Shown: piece after piece, positions 12,593-25,338 of the stretch
How the letters are laid out: every line of letters starts with the position of its first letter
Numbering within the stretch: position 1 is the first letter of the stretch
Assembly (NCBI GenBank): GCA_023213395.1
Contig: CM041465.1
Location: 171,003,741-171,067,740 of the forward strand
DNA: 64,000 nt
Origin: Cycas panzhihuaensis
Taxonomy: Eukaryota > Plantae > Cycadophyta
Direction of reading: 5' to 3'
Notes under the pieces: generated by a model
Seen by the model: only the letters and a program-made list of their open reading frames with translations
What the model was told of the DNA's origin: nothing
Databases searched by the model: none
Program-made: the position numbers and the translations under genes

Positions 12593-13755
12593 TTATCCTT
12601 TTAGAGGCTCTTTACCTTCTGCTCTAGATCTAAGAGTAGGTCCTTTACGGAACACTTTCTTTAAGGTTGTCTGGGTGCCTTGATCTACCTGTGCAGCCGT
12701 TTCTTTCTCTCTCTGTGATTTTGAAGGTGGTCTCCCAACCTTCTTTTCAGCTCCCATGTCAGGCTGCTTCTTATGGGGTATACCCGAATGTGGTAATGAA
12801 TCTGGGCCTAACATCCCTAAGTCCTCCAATATGGGCATCTCTGGCTTCTCCCCAACCAAAAGCGCCTGGGTCACTGGTTCTTTTACCGCATCAGTAAAGG
12901 GGCCCTTTGTAGGCAAAGGGGACAAATCTGACCCCGGCACGGCCTGCTTATCCCTCGACCTCTGTGGGTCAGGTGAGGCATTTTGGGCCAAAGATACAAC
13001 CTCAATAGGGGGTGAGTCCCCTATTCCATCCTCTCTAGCCAGACACTCCGGAGCTGCTAGAGCCTGTGCTTTTAGCTCCCCTTCCTTTAGGAGCGTATCC
13101 TCCTCATTTGGGTTAAAACCGAGACTCAGGTGAGGGTCCTCAACTACCACCATTAGGCCTGAACGTTCTAGGGTTTCTCCTTTTTCCTTCTCCTTCTCAT
13201 GGGGGTTTGGTTCTGTAGGACCCTCTATTGTCTCATCTTTAGAGAGTTGCACTCTCGGGCCTTTTTGGGGTAGGTGCCCCAAATTTCTGCAGGTGGAACA
13301 TCTAAAATGATCCATCTCATAAATCAATGGCTAGACCCAGCTTCTTCCTCCCATGTCTATCCATATGTCATCTAAGAGGGGTTTGCCTATTCTTACCAAA
13401 GCACAAATTCTAGTATTAATGAGCCTACTCCTATTCTTTGTCGCAAAGTCAATCGCTAAGAGAGGACCCACCGTTTTTGCTATGCCTTTAAATACCTTGG
13501 GGTTCCAATGGTGCAATGGGAGACCCGAAAGTTGGATCCATATAGGAGCTTGCCTAATTTTTGGGATTGAGGGATCAAAGTCCCTATGCCATTTCTCGAG
13601 GGATAGGGCCTTTCTGCCAAACATCCATGGGGCTCTAATAAGAATACTGGACATATCTTCGTAAGAGGTGAATTTAAATAGCACACAACCCTTAGGCATG
13701 GCTATTACTTCCATGCAACTTGTCATTTTCCATTTGGTCCTCGTCTATGTCCTAA
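12593..13755 (-). pseudogene. LINE ORF1, 5'-truncated
   Basis: APWMFGRKALSLEKWHRDFDP, PIWIQLSGLPLHHW, CSTCRNLGH, then a low-complexity C-terminus. Confidence 0.9.
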
Positions 13756-15190
13756 TGAAATTTGTATTCTTATATACCACCCTAAATAGTTCTTTCTATC
13801 ATATTTGGGATAATAAATTTATATGAAGCCATTACAAAAGTTCACCTTAAATGCATATAAGACGGGCCACACATTCACATAGATATGTTAATAAGATGAT
13901 AGATACCCTATCCTAGATTTTAGGACCTCCTTCTACCTCTTAATCCTTTATAGCACTTAATATATAAATTATAATAAATTTCTTAATAAAATACTTTACT
14001 ATAGCCTTCTAGGGTTTAAAACTCAATTTCATTAGAGTTAAGAAATAGATTGAAAGATGATGTAGAGGGCGTAAAAGAAAATTTTATCTAGTTACCATGT
14101 AGGGATTTAATATAAAGGCTCCACTTTGGAATAAAATTTCTCCATGAAAATGGCACCAAAATATATCATATCATATATCAAAATGACTATTTTTGAGGCA
14201 AGATTCTAAAATTTAGCCTCTTTAGAAAATGGACTCCTAGAACTTAAGATATTAAAGAAAATACATAAGTGCCCCTTTGTGAAAAATAAAATTAGGTGGA
14301 TTAGTGTTTAACCCCTCTCAATAATTAGTGGTTGGATATATGAGACTATTAAGGACTAGGAGCTAAATTCACTAAGAGCTAATAGACTCTGAATAGAATT
14401 CTAATCTAGCTTAATTTTTTTAAAATATTATAAAATAAATATATATATATATCCAGTGTTAAACATTTCACCTACATGTAAAAAATTCTTCCTCAGTCTA
14501 CAAAAAAGTTAAATAAACTCTATAAATAATAGATCAAATGATATTCATATAGGTGAGGTTGAGGCACTAATGGATCATTCAATGTAGATTCCTCATATAC
14601 TTATAGTGGGTATAGATAAGTTACACACCATAGAGACTAAATCTCCATGGAGCAACTTAAGATGACATAATCTCTAAAGGTAGAATGACTATGAGTGATG
14701 AATCCAAGGGCATACGTCTCCACACATAGTAGTGAACCAACAGAGTTCCACAAATGATTCATATTAGGATGGTCACATAATATGAATTAAAGCACCATTT
14801 AGATAAGAAGATATATGTCATGTGGAGTATAATAAATATAAATGAATTTTATTGATTTTAAACAAGGAGAATATATTTGAATAGATTCTCAAATAGACTT
14901 GGAATAACTCCATAATTAAATAGAAAATAGCTACAAAATAAAATTGAATAGACTGTAATAGGTATGTCTACCAACACACAAACCACATAATCTTGTATTT
15001 GTAACTTAGAGTTTCTTTATCAAAATGGATAACATAAATAACTAAATCTATATAGCCACCTCCTCATAATCAATGAACTAGGGTTTTACGTTAACACTGG
15101 TAAACTAGTAAATTTATAAAATAATATACTTGTAATATATCTTTCTTTTTATCGTAGCTCTAATATTTCACTTGAGCTCTAATACCATGT
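13756..15190 (-). mobile_element. 5' part of the old Copia split by the LINE: gag start, leader and PBS
   Basis: The minus strand encodes PKYDRKNYLGWYIRIQISL near 13760-13810. A tRNA-iMet PBS (aca-TGGTATtAGAGC) lies at ~15176-15190. Confidence 0.65.
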
Positions 15191-16041
15191 AGAAAAATGA
15201 AATTGATAGAAATTAATAATATATAAATAAAAATAAACAAACACTATGATCATAATGGTACCCTTAAAGTACCTTAGATTAACACTAGAATAATATTATA
15301 ACTTTATTTAGTATGATATATTAAGTGTGTATTTATATTACATAACTTGACTATGCATGGGACCCATAACATAATGCCAACATCATAGCATAATTAATTA
15401 TACAAATATGCATTGTAATTTTGCCTCATGAAGTATGAACCAAGTCATTTCAATAATATCAACCACTTAGATCATGTGTGAGAATCTTTCCATCAACTAA
15501 TCATGTGTCAACCATTAAACCACTTTAAATTAAATACTACTTGAATATTTTAAAGTTCAGTATTCATATGCTCCCTCTTAATTCTTAATTTATAAAACTT
15601 CTCAAATGTCTTTAAAACCATATTGGACCACCTTTTTATCATACCACCTATGAATACCAATAATCAAACTTATCTTCAACATGCTTGTTTTACTACAAGC
15701 AAATGTCATATTATACTATCTCATCTTACCACCTATAAATCATTAATCAAACACAATAAAAACTTGTTATAACATAAAAAGTTTCTCCTTAACAAATTTA
15801 TATCTTGTACTTATAAGTTACAAAATAAATTGATTAACTAATCAATAAGCCAATTTCACTAATGTCCATATAAAATAGTAACCATTCACTAAAATGCATG
15901 GTAAAATAACTTCTATAATTAGTAGGTAACTAAGAAGTATTTCATTTATGTGGTTCATCATCTTCTTTAATAATAAACAACATACTTTAAGAATAAGCTA
16001 AACTACTTGGACAAATAAACATGTTGTAATAAGAGTAGATT

Positions 16042-16131
16042 ATAATTTTGCATAGGTAAACACTTGTAGTTTTCTTTAGTAACCATCAATAATTTTGCAT
16101 AGGTAAAACTTGTAGTTTTCTTTAGTAACCA
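16042..16131. repeat. 47-bp tandem duplication
   Basis: ataattttgcataggtaaa(c)acttgtagttttctttagtaacca occurs at 16042 and 16089. Confidence 0.9.
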
Positions 16132-16389
16132 ATCTCTCTTAATCACCTCATCAAACCAACAAAACCATAGAGGTATTAACATTATTAAGGAATCTAAAAG
16201 TTGTACAATTACACTATTATTTTAAGTATCCTAATAAGATAGGTTGGATATGGCAAGATGATGGACATTGTCTATTATACAAAGTAAATGGATTTCCTTC
16301 CCTTTGCTACACTCTAAAAAGGAATTTCTTGGGGATCATAGTATAAAGTATAGTGCTATGGTGAATGGAATTTAGTGTTATAGGGGAGA

Positions 16390-17230
16390 TTTACAAACTC
16401 AACATCCATATTATTCTTCAAATATGCATATATGTATCATTAGAAAATTAAGGTTGATATCATGTGAGATGAATATAAAAAAGAAAGTAGTATAAAATAC
16501 CATATTTAAATAATTAAATGATTATATATGTGTGTGTACTTAATAAAGGACTAATAAGAAATAGTTAGAAATACATGAAGATTTGATAGATTTAATCACA
16601 CATACTAAGAACACTCATATATTCATATATTATAGGTATTTGCTTGTTTACATACTTATGAGAAATAATTATATGCACCTAGAAGAATTTATGTAAATTT
16701 ATGTACACTAATTTAGAGTACACAATAATACACCACAGAGTAATTAATACATCATTAAGTGGTTACAATGATCACTCACATAATCCATGTATTAAACTTT
16801 ATCTTCAACACTTGACCATAATGTTTTATTCATTGTGATTTATAGAAAATACTTCTTGACTTTACCAAATAAGTGTGTGACCCATTTAATTGTGCTTCCT
16901 TATTTTCTTCTTAATTCCCATATTAACTCTTCCAATTTAAGGCCCTTAAGCTTCAACATTATTTTTAGCTTTTAAGCATGATTTATCAATGTTTATATAA
17001 AGAAACAACCATCTAGTAGAATATATAGGTAGCAAATCACTGCAAATACTAGTTTTTAAGGAAATTCTTCATATATATGGTTTATCTACATTTATAAATT
17101 TTCATGAGTTATTTATTTAGAATCTTTCCATGTATTCACACTTATCATAGTGTATTATAAAAGTAGGCCAAACTACCTAACTAAATAAATACTAAGCCAA
17201 ATGTTGTAGGGGCATAATATTAAAATTATT
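16390..17230. repeat. Dispersed repeat (LTR-like family), copy 1 of 3
   Basis: Shares aactcaacatccatatt, atttagagt.cacaataata and cactcacataatccatgtatta blocks with 37930-38760 and 61368-61760; roughly 70-75% identity. Confidence 0.75.
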
Positions 17231-18299
17231 AACATGTAAGAAATAAGATTAAAATTAATATTTATAAGGTTTTTAACAAAATAATAATCAATAGTTTGTA
17301 TATTGGTTTTTGAAAAACTTTGCATCTTTATAGGGCAATTAGACTTTTATATCTAGATTAAATTTTCCTTTAATTATGTATTTTTCATCTAATATATCTC
17401 AACCTTGCCACAATGGTATTAAAGCTATTTGGGGTTATAATAGAATTGCACTGTAGCTATCCTAAGTACTCCAATTAGAAGAATCCTTAGGTACCAATAG
17501 AGATCCCTAACTTATTTTCAAGTACATAGCATAAGAAGAATTTGACCATTGATGTGTGATGGATTGGAGCACAAACTTAACATAATGAATTTAGTGGAGG
17601 CAATTGAGAATATGCCAAACTTCCTATAACAATGTCAACATTTCTCTTTCAGAGCATATCACCATTAGTATTAGTAATTGATCCCATAATAGACTCCTGA
17701 ATATAAGAAGATTGAGATGAGAAAAACATTAAATTTAGTGATTCGAGGTACAAGATTCCTAGTAATGCATTAGGTAGGTTCAGTTTGAGCAAAGCTTGTG
17801 ACCCTTCAAAATAAGATAACACTGCCTACACTAGAGACTAACCACATCATATAAGACCAAAAGTAAAGCAATGATGAGTTTTCGCAGTATGCTAAACAAA
17901 TTAAAAAAAAAAAAAAATCTAGGTTTTAAAAAAGTTCCATTTTAAATATTCCATAGAGAGAAGCATATTTCTTATTTAAATTTTTTTAGAACAAAACATG
18001 TTTACACATCTTACAATAATAATTATTCCTAGAGCTAAAATAGACCAAGAATCATCTAGATGAGGGAAAGAGACAATGTTAGAGTAGTATTTATAAATGT
18101 AATATTCAAGAAGGATAAAAGAATCATTTTTTACTATTTAGGAAGGAGAAAATACTAGCAAAATTTAAGCAAAACGTCAGTGGCTAGAAATGCTAGAGCT
18201 TTAATCAAGGAGTTATAAGCTTATAATGATTTATTATATCAAAATGAGGATGGTGCATGTCAGAAAGGTGAAAACCAACTTAAAATGTGGGAAGAATTA

Positions 18300-19700
18300 A
18301 ATAACATATGGGATCCCCTTATCGAAATCAATAATAACATCAACATGATATAAGAGAAGGATAGCCCAAAGTAAACAAATATAAACACATGGAGATTCTC
18401 AAGTGATGATAGTCACAAATATTCTATCATCATGTGAAATTACCCATCTATTCTATAGATGGAGATATATACATAAACAAATAGCTAATAAAACTATTTA
18501 ACTTAAGAACACTTAGCTTTAAGAAAGCATCAAACCAAGTGGATTTGGTCGTCTCTTAATTATAAGGTTTAATCTACATATGGGTGATTAGTAGAAGGAT
18601 CATCCTAAAATATTATTCTTCAACCAATTTAATAAAGATTTCTTTAAATACACCAAGGAAAACTAGGGTGATCCATATAAAATATAGTTAACTCCTTACT
18701 TCTAGGGGAACATGATCATGCTTGAATATATAAAGATGTTTAAAGCATTGTAGATGGAGGCTAGAATTAAATCTAGTAATGGTCTACCACTTTACTTGAG
18801 TAATATGAGGGTAGAAGCATGAGAAGACATATCTTTTTGAGATGGGGGCACTTCAAAAGGCCATATACATGACACAATAGACTAAAAAAACTAACTAGTC
18901 ATCCAAACCAACTAGATGGCATTCTAAAAGAAGTGATAAATATACATATAATTGAATAAGATAATGTCCAAGACCTTAGGGAGCCTGAATTTACTACCTT
19001 CAAATTTTAGTTCACTTAAGAGGGAAGATATGGAGAAATCTAAGAAAATAGTATAAGGACTTTATTTTGATTATGGATAGAAATGGGAAAGGTGACACTC
19101 ATTAGTCTATCCCAAAAAAAACAAGTTCATACTATAAAATTAGAGGATGATCAAGGTGAAGAATTATAGGATGTAGAAGAAAATCTTCTAAAAAATCAAC
19201 AATACAAAGAAATTTTGAATACCGAAACCTTGGACGATAGGCATCTTGAAATCTCTATGATTACCATGTTTAGAATCTAATGATCTAATACCACTAAGGT
19301 TTATGGATATTTGAAGATAAATAGTATTAGTCTTAATAGGCTTGGGAAACACTCACTACCTTATTAATATTAACATAACCAAAAGTTCAAGCCTCTATAT
19401 GGATAAGAAGAAGTCTTTCAACATTTTAATATTAGGAGGTAACTAGGTTACATGCGACATGGAAGTGAACCATCAACAACTCTAACTAGGTAAGGTGATG
19501 ATTATTATGGACTTCTATACTTTCAATATTTGAGGTTTTGAAGTTATACTTAGGGTCAAGTGGCTAAAAACCCTAGGTATGTATGGTCGTAATCATCATG
19601 AGAACTTTAATTACTTTTATATAAGCAAGCAATTATATCAAGTTTTGGGGATCAAAACACTAAAGATGTCTATTGTATTAATTGAAAAGATGATAAAGTA
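18300..19700 (+). mobile_element. Highly degenerate Ty3/Gypsy gag-protease remnant
   Basis: Remnants of the GLCF.C.EKW..GH knuckle region (~19050), a retropepsin (EISM..., VLI.G.TH, ~19250-19370) and EVILRVKWLKTLG (~19540). Confidence 0.65.
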
Positions 19701-22700
19701 TATACTTTTCTTTACCTATTGGTTTATTGAATAAATGTTCCTATACTTAGATAATAATAATTTCAACCATGGTTGATGGCTTTATAATTGTCTATATAAG
19801 CTCAATGAGTTAAGGAAAGGCTTCTTAGTACCCCTACATGACATGTAATGTCCTTCTCTTCCTCCTATTTATGATACTAATCTATTTTGTTCTCTTCTTT
19901 AGATGTTTCTTCATTTAAAACTCTTATTTTTAAATAAATTTTTTATTCTTACTATCATGGTTATTATCATCTCATTTTGGTTTTTGTTTTTATTTTTGTA
20001 AAAATTCCATTTCTAGTGTACAACAAAGTTTACCATGATACTACTTTAAAACTTCATGGCATCGCTAAGAACTTCACGATACTAATTCTTTTATTTCTAT
20101 TTTTTTTTTTGCCCACTATTGGTCATGCATTTATGGTACCTAATAAGATATTAATTCACTTTTCCCTTCAAAACCATGGGCTATGTATGGGTTTGCCTTT
20201 AAAACCATAGGCTAATTAATGACTTTAGCATTAATTCTCTCCAAAAGCATGGGTAATCAGCCCATGGGACCTAACTCATCTATCTTTCTATTTATACCCT
20301 CCATTTTTCATTAGAAAAGGAAGATTAATTTCTAAGCTGATATCTTATTATTATGCCACTAAAATTTATGCAAAAAGCCCATAGCTTTCAAATCTAATTG
20401 GTTGAATTCCACTATTAGATTAAGGCTTTAATATTAGACATTATTAGAGTACTCTTTAGATGGAGTAGAATGTCACTCGCATCTTCCCTTTACTTAGAAT
20501 AAGGGTAACACCCCCCACATTGCCAAGATTTTCTTCCTTCTTCTGATACTTTATTTACTTACTTTTATGGCATTAAATTACCCTCTTTTATGCTTGTTAT
20601 TTGCTATAATTTTAGTTCTTTTGTCTTTGCATACTTAAATTTCTTTGTAGTTGGAATCTTATACAGGGAAAAATGGGCTCAATATTGGTTATTAGGATTA
20701 AAAAAGGGTGGCAAAATAGGCATTTTTGACGCCCCTCTTTGCACCATTTACTTTTTTTATTTTAAGTCAACATTTTAGCTTTAGTTTGCAAGATTTTTTA
20801 TCTATTTACTATAGACTTTGTTAGATACTAATCAATGTAGGTGGAGGATCTGTCCTAAAGATTTGAGTGCAACTTAGAGTGTGCTTAGAGTAACTAAAGA
20901 AATCCCTTCCTTCTCTTTCATTCATTCAACTCAAACAACTAAAGTGCTTATTACATAGTTGTTATGCTATCAAAATTATCTCACATAGCTATAAAGGTTA
21001 GTATCCTAAAGTAGCTTTTAAATTAACTTCTAACATATTTTATTTTAAACATAAACTTGTTTTTAGTATAAGTCAATCTAATAAGCAGAAATATTATTAA
21101 AATTTTCCTAGAAATCATTTACAAACACATTTACCTAATCTTATTTTGCATGTATTGGTAAGTCTAAAAATTGTAAATAAAATTTACTAAAAGAATGGGG
21201 CAAAATTAGATATTTTGAATATTATTCTTAGTATTCCTTAAACCTTTCCTTTTATAAATTCAGTTTTGAAAACAAAAAACACTTAAAAATATTACTTTAT
21301 TTCATAGTTTTATTTTAAAAAAAGGATTAGGAAAAGAGTTTACACTTATTGTATACTCATTGTTGCCTATTCTTCCCTTACCTCATATGTAGATTTTCAT
21401 TAAAAAGGAAAAAAAAGGTTTATTAAAATAATCAAAAAATAAGGTTTAAAAAGAATATTTCTCTTTTGCATATTACATTTGCACTTACATTTTGGTATGT
21501 ATTTTTCCAAAGACCTAATGAGGAAGAGGTTTGCACCTGTTGTGAGTCTTTGAATATGTGGGGCTACACTTATATTTGTTAGGTTAGATTATTTATTACT
21601 TGTATGCAACTAAAATTCTATAACTAGTAGTATTTAAATTATTTATCGTATTCTCCTCTTAGTCTCTTATAGGTTTTAGGGTCTTCCTTTTATTGAAAAG
21701 AGGGGATAGTCATCTTTTTGCCTAGGTTTAATTATCATATGACAAGGATTATTTTATGCTTTTAGGCATTAAGTCTTTAATCTATGTTCTAAATAGGTTG
21801 TTGAAGGGTTCCTATCTCCACCATGTGTTCATGCATAGGATGTTCATAATTGAGTGAGTTTCATTTATACTATTGATAATAATGACCTCTTATATTTCAG
21901 CCTCTTTGATCTTAAGGTACATTAGAATTACCAAATTGCATTACACTTGTGTGAGTGCTATCATTAATATAAGAGTCTTTATTGACTTATTCATCGATGA
22001 ATCTATCATATAGTCTGGATTCCTTTAGATACCTTATTTTGGATAATCCTTTTCTTGGTTCTTTTATATTAATTCTATTAAGTTAGGTTCATGTTGGAGC
22101 CAGGATTAAGATGGGTCAATTTATTTGGGTGGTTATAGTTACATAAAATAGGCACATAGTTACATAAGTGCTTTTTGGAAACTCATACTTGATCGATCCC
22201 TTTATAATGTGAGGGTTGTTGTTGTGTTGTTTGGCCCTTCTAAGGGTATTGGGTATCTTATTTAGTTGATATTATCTTAGTCTTTGCAGTTGAATTTTAG
22301 TTCATCTCCTTGTCTAATGCACAAGTTAACTCATCTGCCTACTTATATTATACATTTTAATTATTAATTGGTTTTACTTATTATTTTATTCTCTCTTTAC
22401 GTTTCTCTTTTTCTAACACATATCACATACCTATATATTACCCTTAGATCAATATAGTAAACACATTAGACATCATCCTTGCACTTGTGTATAAGAGATG
22501 CATGAGTGCCCTATAGGGAGCATATGCTCATACCCCTCCCAAATTGGATCCTTGTTCACCCTTTGGGTCCATTCTAGGGATTTGTTTATATGTCCTCTCC
22601 TCCTGTCTACCTGTGTTCATTAGCAACCATATTGGAGACTCACCAATATAATGTTATCTTTGTATTATATTAATAAATCTTCTTCTTTTCCTTATTCAAA

Positions 22701-22999
22701 TCCTTTGAGATAGGGTGAGACTCCATTTAGTTTATAACTCATCTTTATGAGGATCCCTCATAATTATCCTATAGATTTAGAGTCTAGATGTATACCATAA
22801 GTTTAGACCACCTTCATTTTTTTCTTTTAATTCTTGTATATGACGATATTCTCATCATCTTAAAGGCCTTTCTCCATTTGTCTCTAATCTTTCACATCCA
22901 TCTAGTCCCTTACCTGTTGAGCACTCCTTAATGGAAGGATAGATCCTACTTGAGTGGTCTACAAATCCCTTTTAAGCCCAACACCTAAACTAGTTACAA

Positions 23000-24900
23000 G
23001 AGTTTTACCTAACACAAGATCTATATCAAGCCCAAGATATATACCAAGCCTACATGTAGGATTGGCCTTAATTAGTTGATACTTATTGATCATAAGTGCT
23101 TTATCAAGAAGGAGTGGATCTTATGTATTAGCCATATGAAGTAAATTAGGACCCCACTAAGTCTCTGACATACATCATTAGATCCACCACCCAATTCCAT
23201 GACCTTTCTTAAACCCCAAAGTTAAAACTCAAGCCTTTACCTTTGATGAGACCCAAGATGGTGAGTAGGTTCCCAACCCACTTCAGATATAATCCACTCT
23301 GTTCGATACTGAAACCATCATTAAAGTATAATACAAAGTAGTTGTAACAATAAATATTACTTTAATTTAGGCTTACCATTTATTTGGGATTGCGTCTACA
23401 TTTGTCTTATCCATTTCCCAACCTCAATAGTAAGTAGCCTCATAATAGTAGACTACTTCCCAACTAGTCGCACCATCTACCCCTCCACTTATCCACCCAT
23501 CTAACCCCAAATCGATAATAGCCCTATTTATGGGTCCTATTTTAATAATAATTCCCTAATCTATCCCATATGTTTCCCCACTTATCCCACCAATGAGTGG
23601 GCTTCATACATCTATTCAGTAACTAATAGTTATATGGACTACTCCTATACCTCTATTTTTTCCTCATCCTAATTTAATAGGATTATTAAGGATGCTTTAC
23701 TCCCTCCATGTCCCATTCATCCTATCCAACCCATCCCCTAATGTGGGTAACCCTCCTTTGTCTTGCCTAGCTATGTTGCCTTATATTGGGGATAAGGTGG
23801 GCCTCATCCTCAACCTACATTTGGAGTTAATCCACTTTACCCATATGGGGTTGCTCCACTGATTAGAGGCCCATATGCTTTGAACTCAATTCCACATCCT
23901 CCATCTTGTCTTTTACCATTTTACCAAACCACATCTATTTGTTCTCAAGTATATAAATTATCCTACCAAGTTGTAGGTCCCTAATCCACCCATGTTTATT
24001 GAGGTCTTAATATATAGCCTTATTAGACTTGACCTAGGAATGCACCTATCTTATCTCGTATAACTATACCTTAAGGAGTAACTACATAGGTTGGTGTTCC
24101 TTATCAAGCCCCCACCTTTATTACCTCAATATATAGGGGACCTATTCTATATATACCCAACCCCTATGCCCAAGTAATAACTACTTATCAAGCTAAAACC
24201 ATCTCTTAAACTATTCCATCATGCCAAGCCTACCAACAAGTATATGCACCTTATGTGGGAAGCCAAACATACCTAGTTTATCCATCACAACAAACCTTTT
24301 TACTAGTTAATCATCTAGCTTAACTTGGTATACATCCCTTTAATGATTATAAGACCAACCAACTATCCCTTATAAGTACCCAACTTTAAAGGTAATTCAT
24401 CCTAAGACCTTAAAGATCATGTTGAGTTTTTTACCATGGCATGTATTGATTAATGGTTATATGACTATATCCTAATAAGTCTCTTTCCTAGGTCCCTCTA
24501 GGGTGATAGCCTTAATTAGTTTTATTAGTTTTCCTTCCACTCCATCCATTACTTTTAGTAATTGGTAGATACCTTCGTAAATTATTTTGATGTGTCATAC
24601 CCTTTTAAGAGTGGATCTAAAGCCTTACTCTCTCTTAAACAAGGCCATGATGAGCTCAATAGAGACTTCATGCACTATTTTTATAATTTACTCCACTTAA
24701 TTAAGGCTACTCAACTTGAAGACTTGAAATGAAATATCTTTATTAATGCTCATTATCCTAAGTTCATGCAGAAGATTTTAAGATGGGAACAACTACATGT
24801 GACTCTGTAATTGCTAAGTGTCTTTATTTGGAATCCATCAAGATCCAAGTAGGCTTAAAGAAGGTCAATAAAGCCTTCCTATAATGAGAGGCACAACATT
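23000..24900 (+). mobile_element. Degenerate Ty3/Gypsy (Tat/Ogre/Athila-type) gag with a Pro-rich N-terminal part
   Basis: FKGNSS*DLKDHVEFF...LFPRSL*GDSLN*FY...LVDTFVNYF...LLSLKQGHDELNRDFM at ~24385-24680. Confidence 0.7.
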
Positions 24901-25338
24901 TGCTAAACCACCAAAGGTCCCAACCATTAACTTTAAGGCCTATTATCAATAATGCTAACATGACCATAGGCTTCTTAACCTTTATAGTTTGTTCTTTTAA
25001 GAAAGTATTGAGAGATTTAAAGTTGTAACCATCCTAAAGCCAACCCAAGCTACTTGCTCCCTTACATGGGTATATGCCAGTTGTATAAGCGACCTAAGCT
25101 ATTTCCTAAATTAGGGGTAGTACTACTACCCTTCCTTAGGATAAAAGGAATTTATAAAAATAATTTATAACTATCCTTGATTAAAACCAAGTTGACAATC
25201 TTATTATAAAAGTACATAGAAATGTTGATTGGGTTGGTTGCCAAGACTTATGCCATTTCATATTAGGGTATCGCTTTGACATGAACTCAACTATAATCTC
25301 TTAGAGCTACAAGAAACAACCAAATGTTACTCTCTCCT

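Larger units (their letters stand above)
8224..13755 (-). mobile_element. 5'-truncated L1-clade LINE with RNase H, degenerate
   Basis: ORF1 (DUF4283-like W..DFDP/PIWIQL plus CSTCRNLGH zinc knuckle), ORF2 (endonuclease, RT, zf-RVT, RNase H), short 3' UTR, poly(A) seen as T11 at 8224-8234. Confidence 0.95.
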
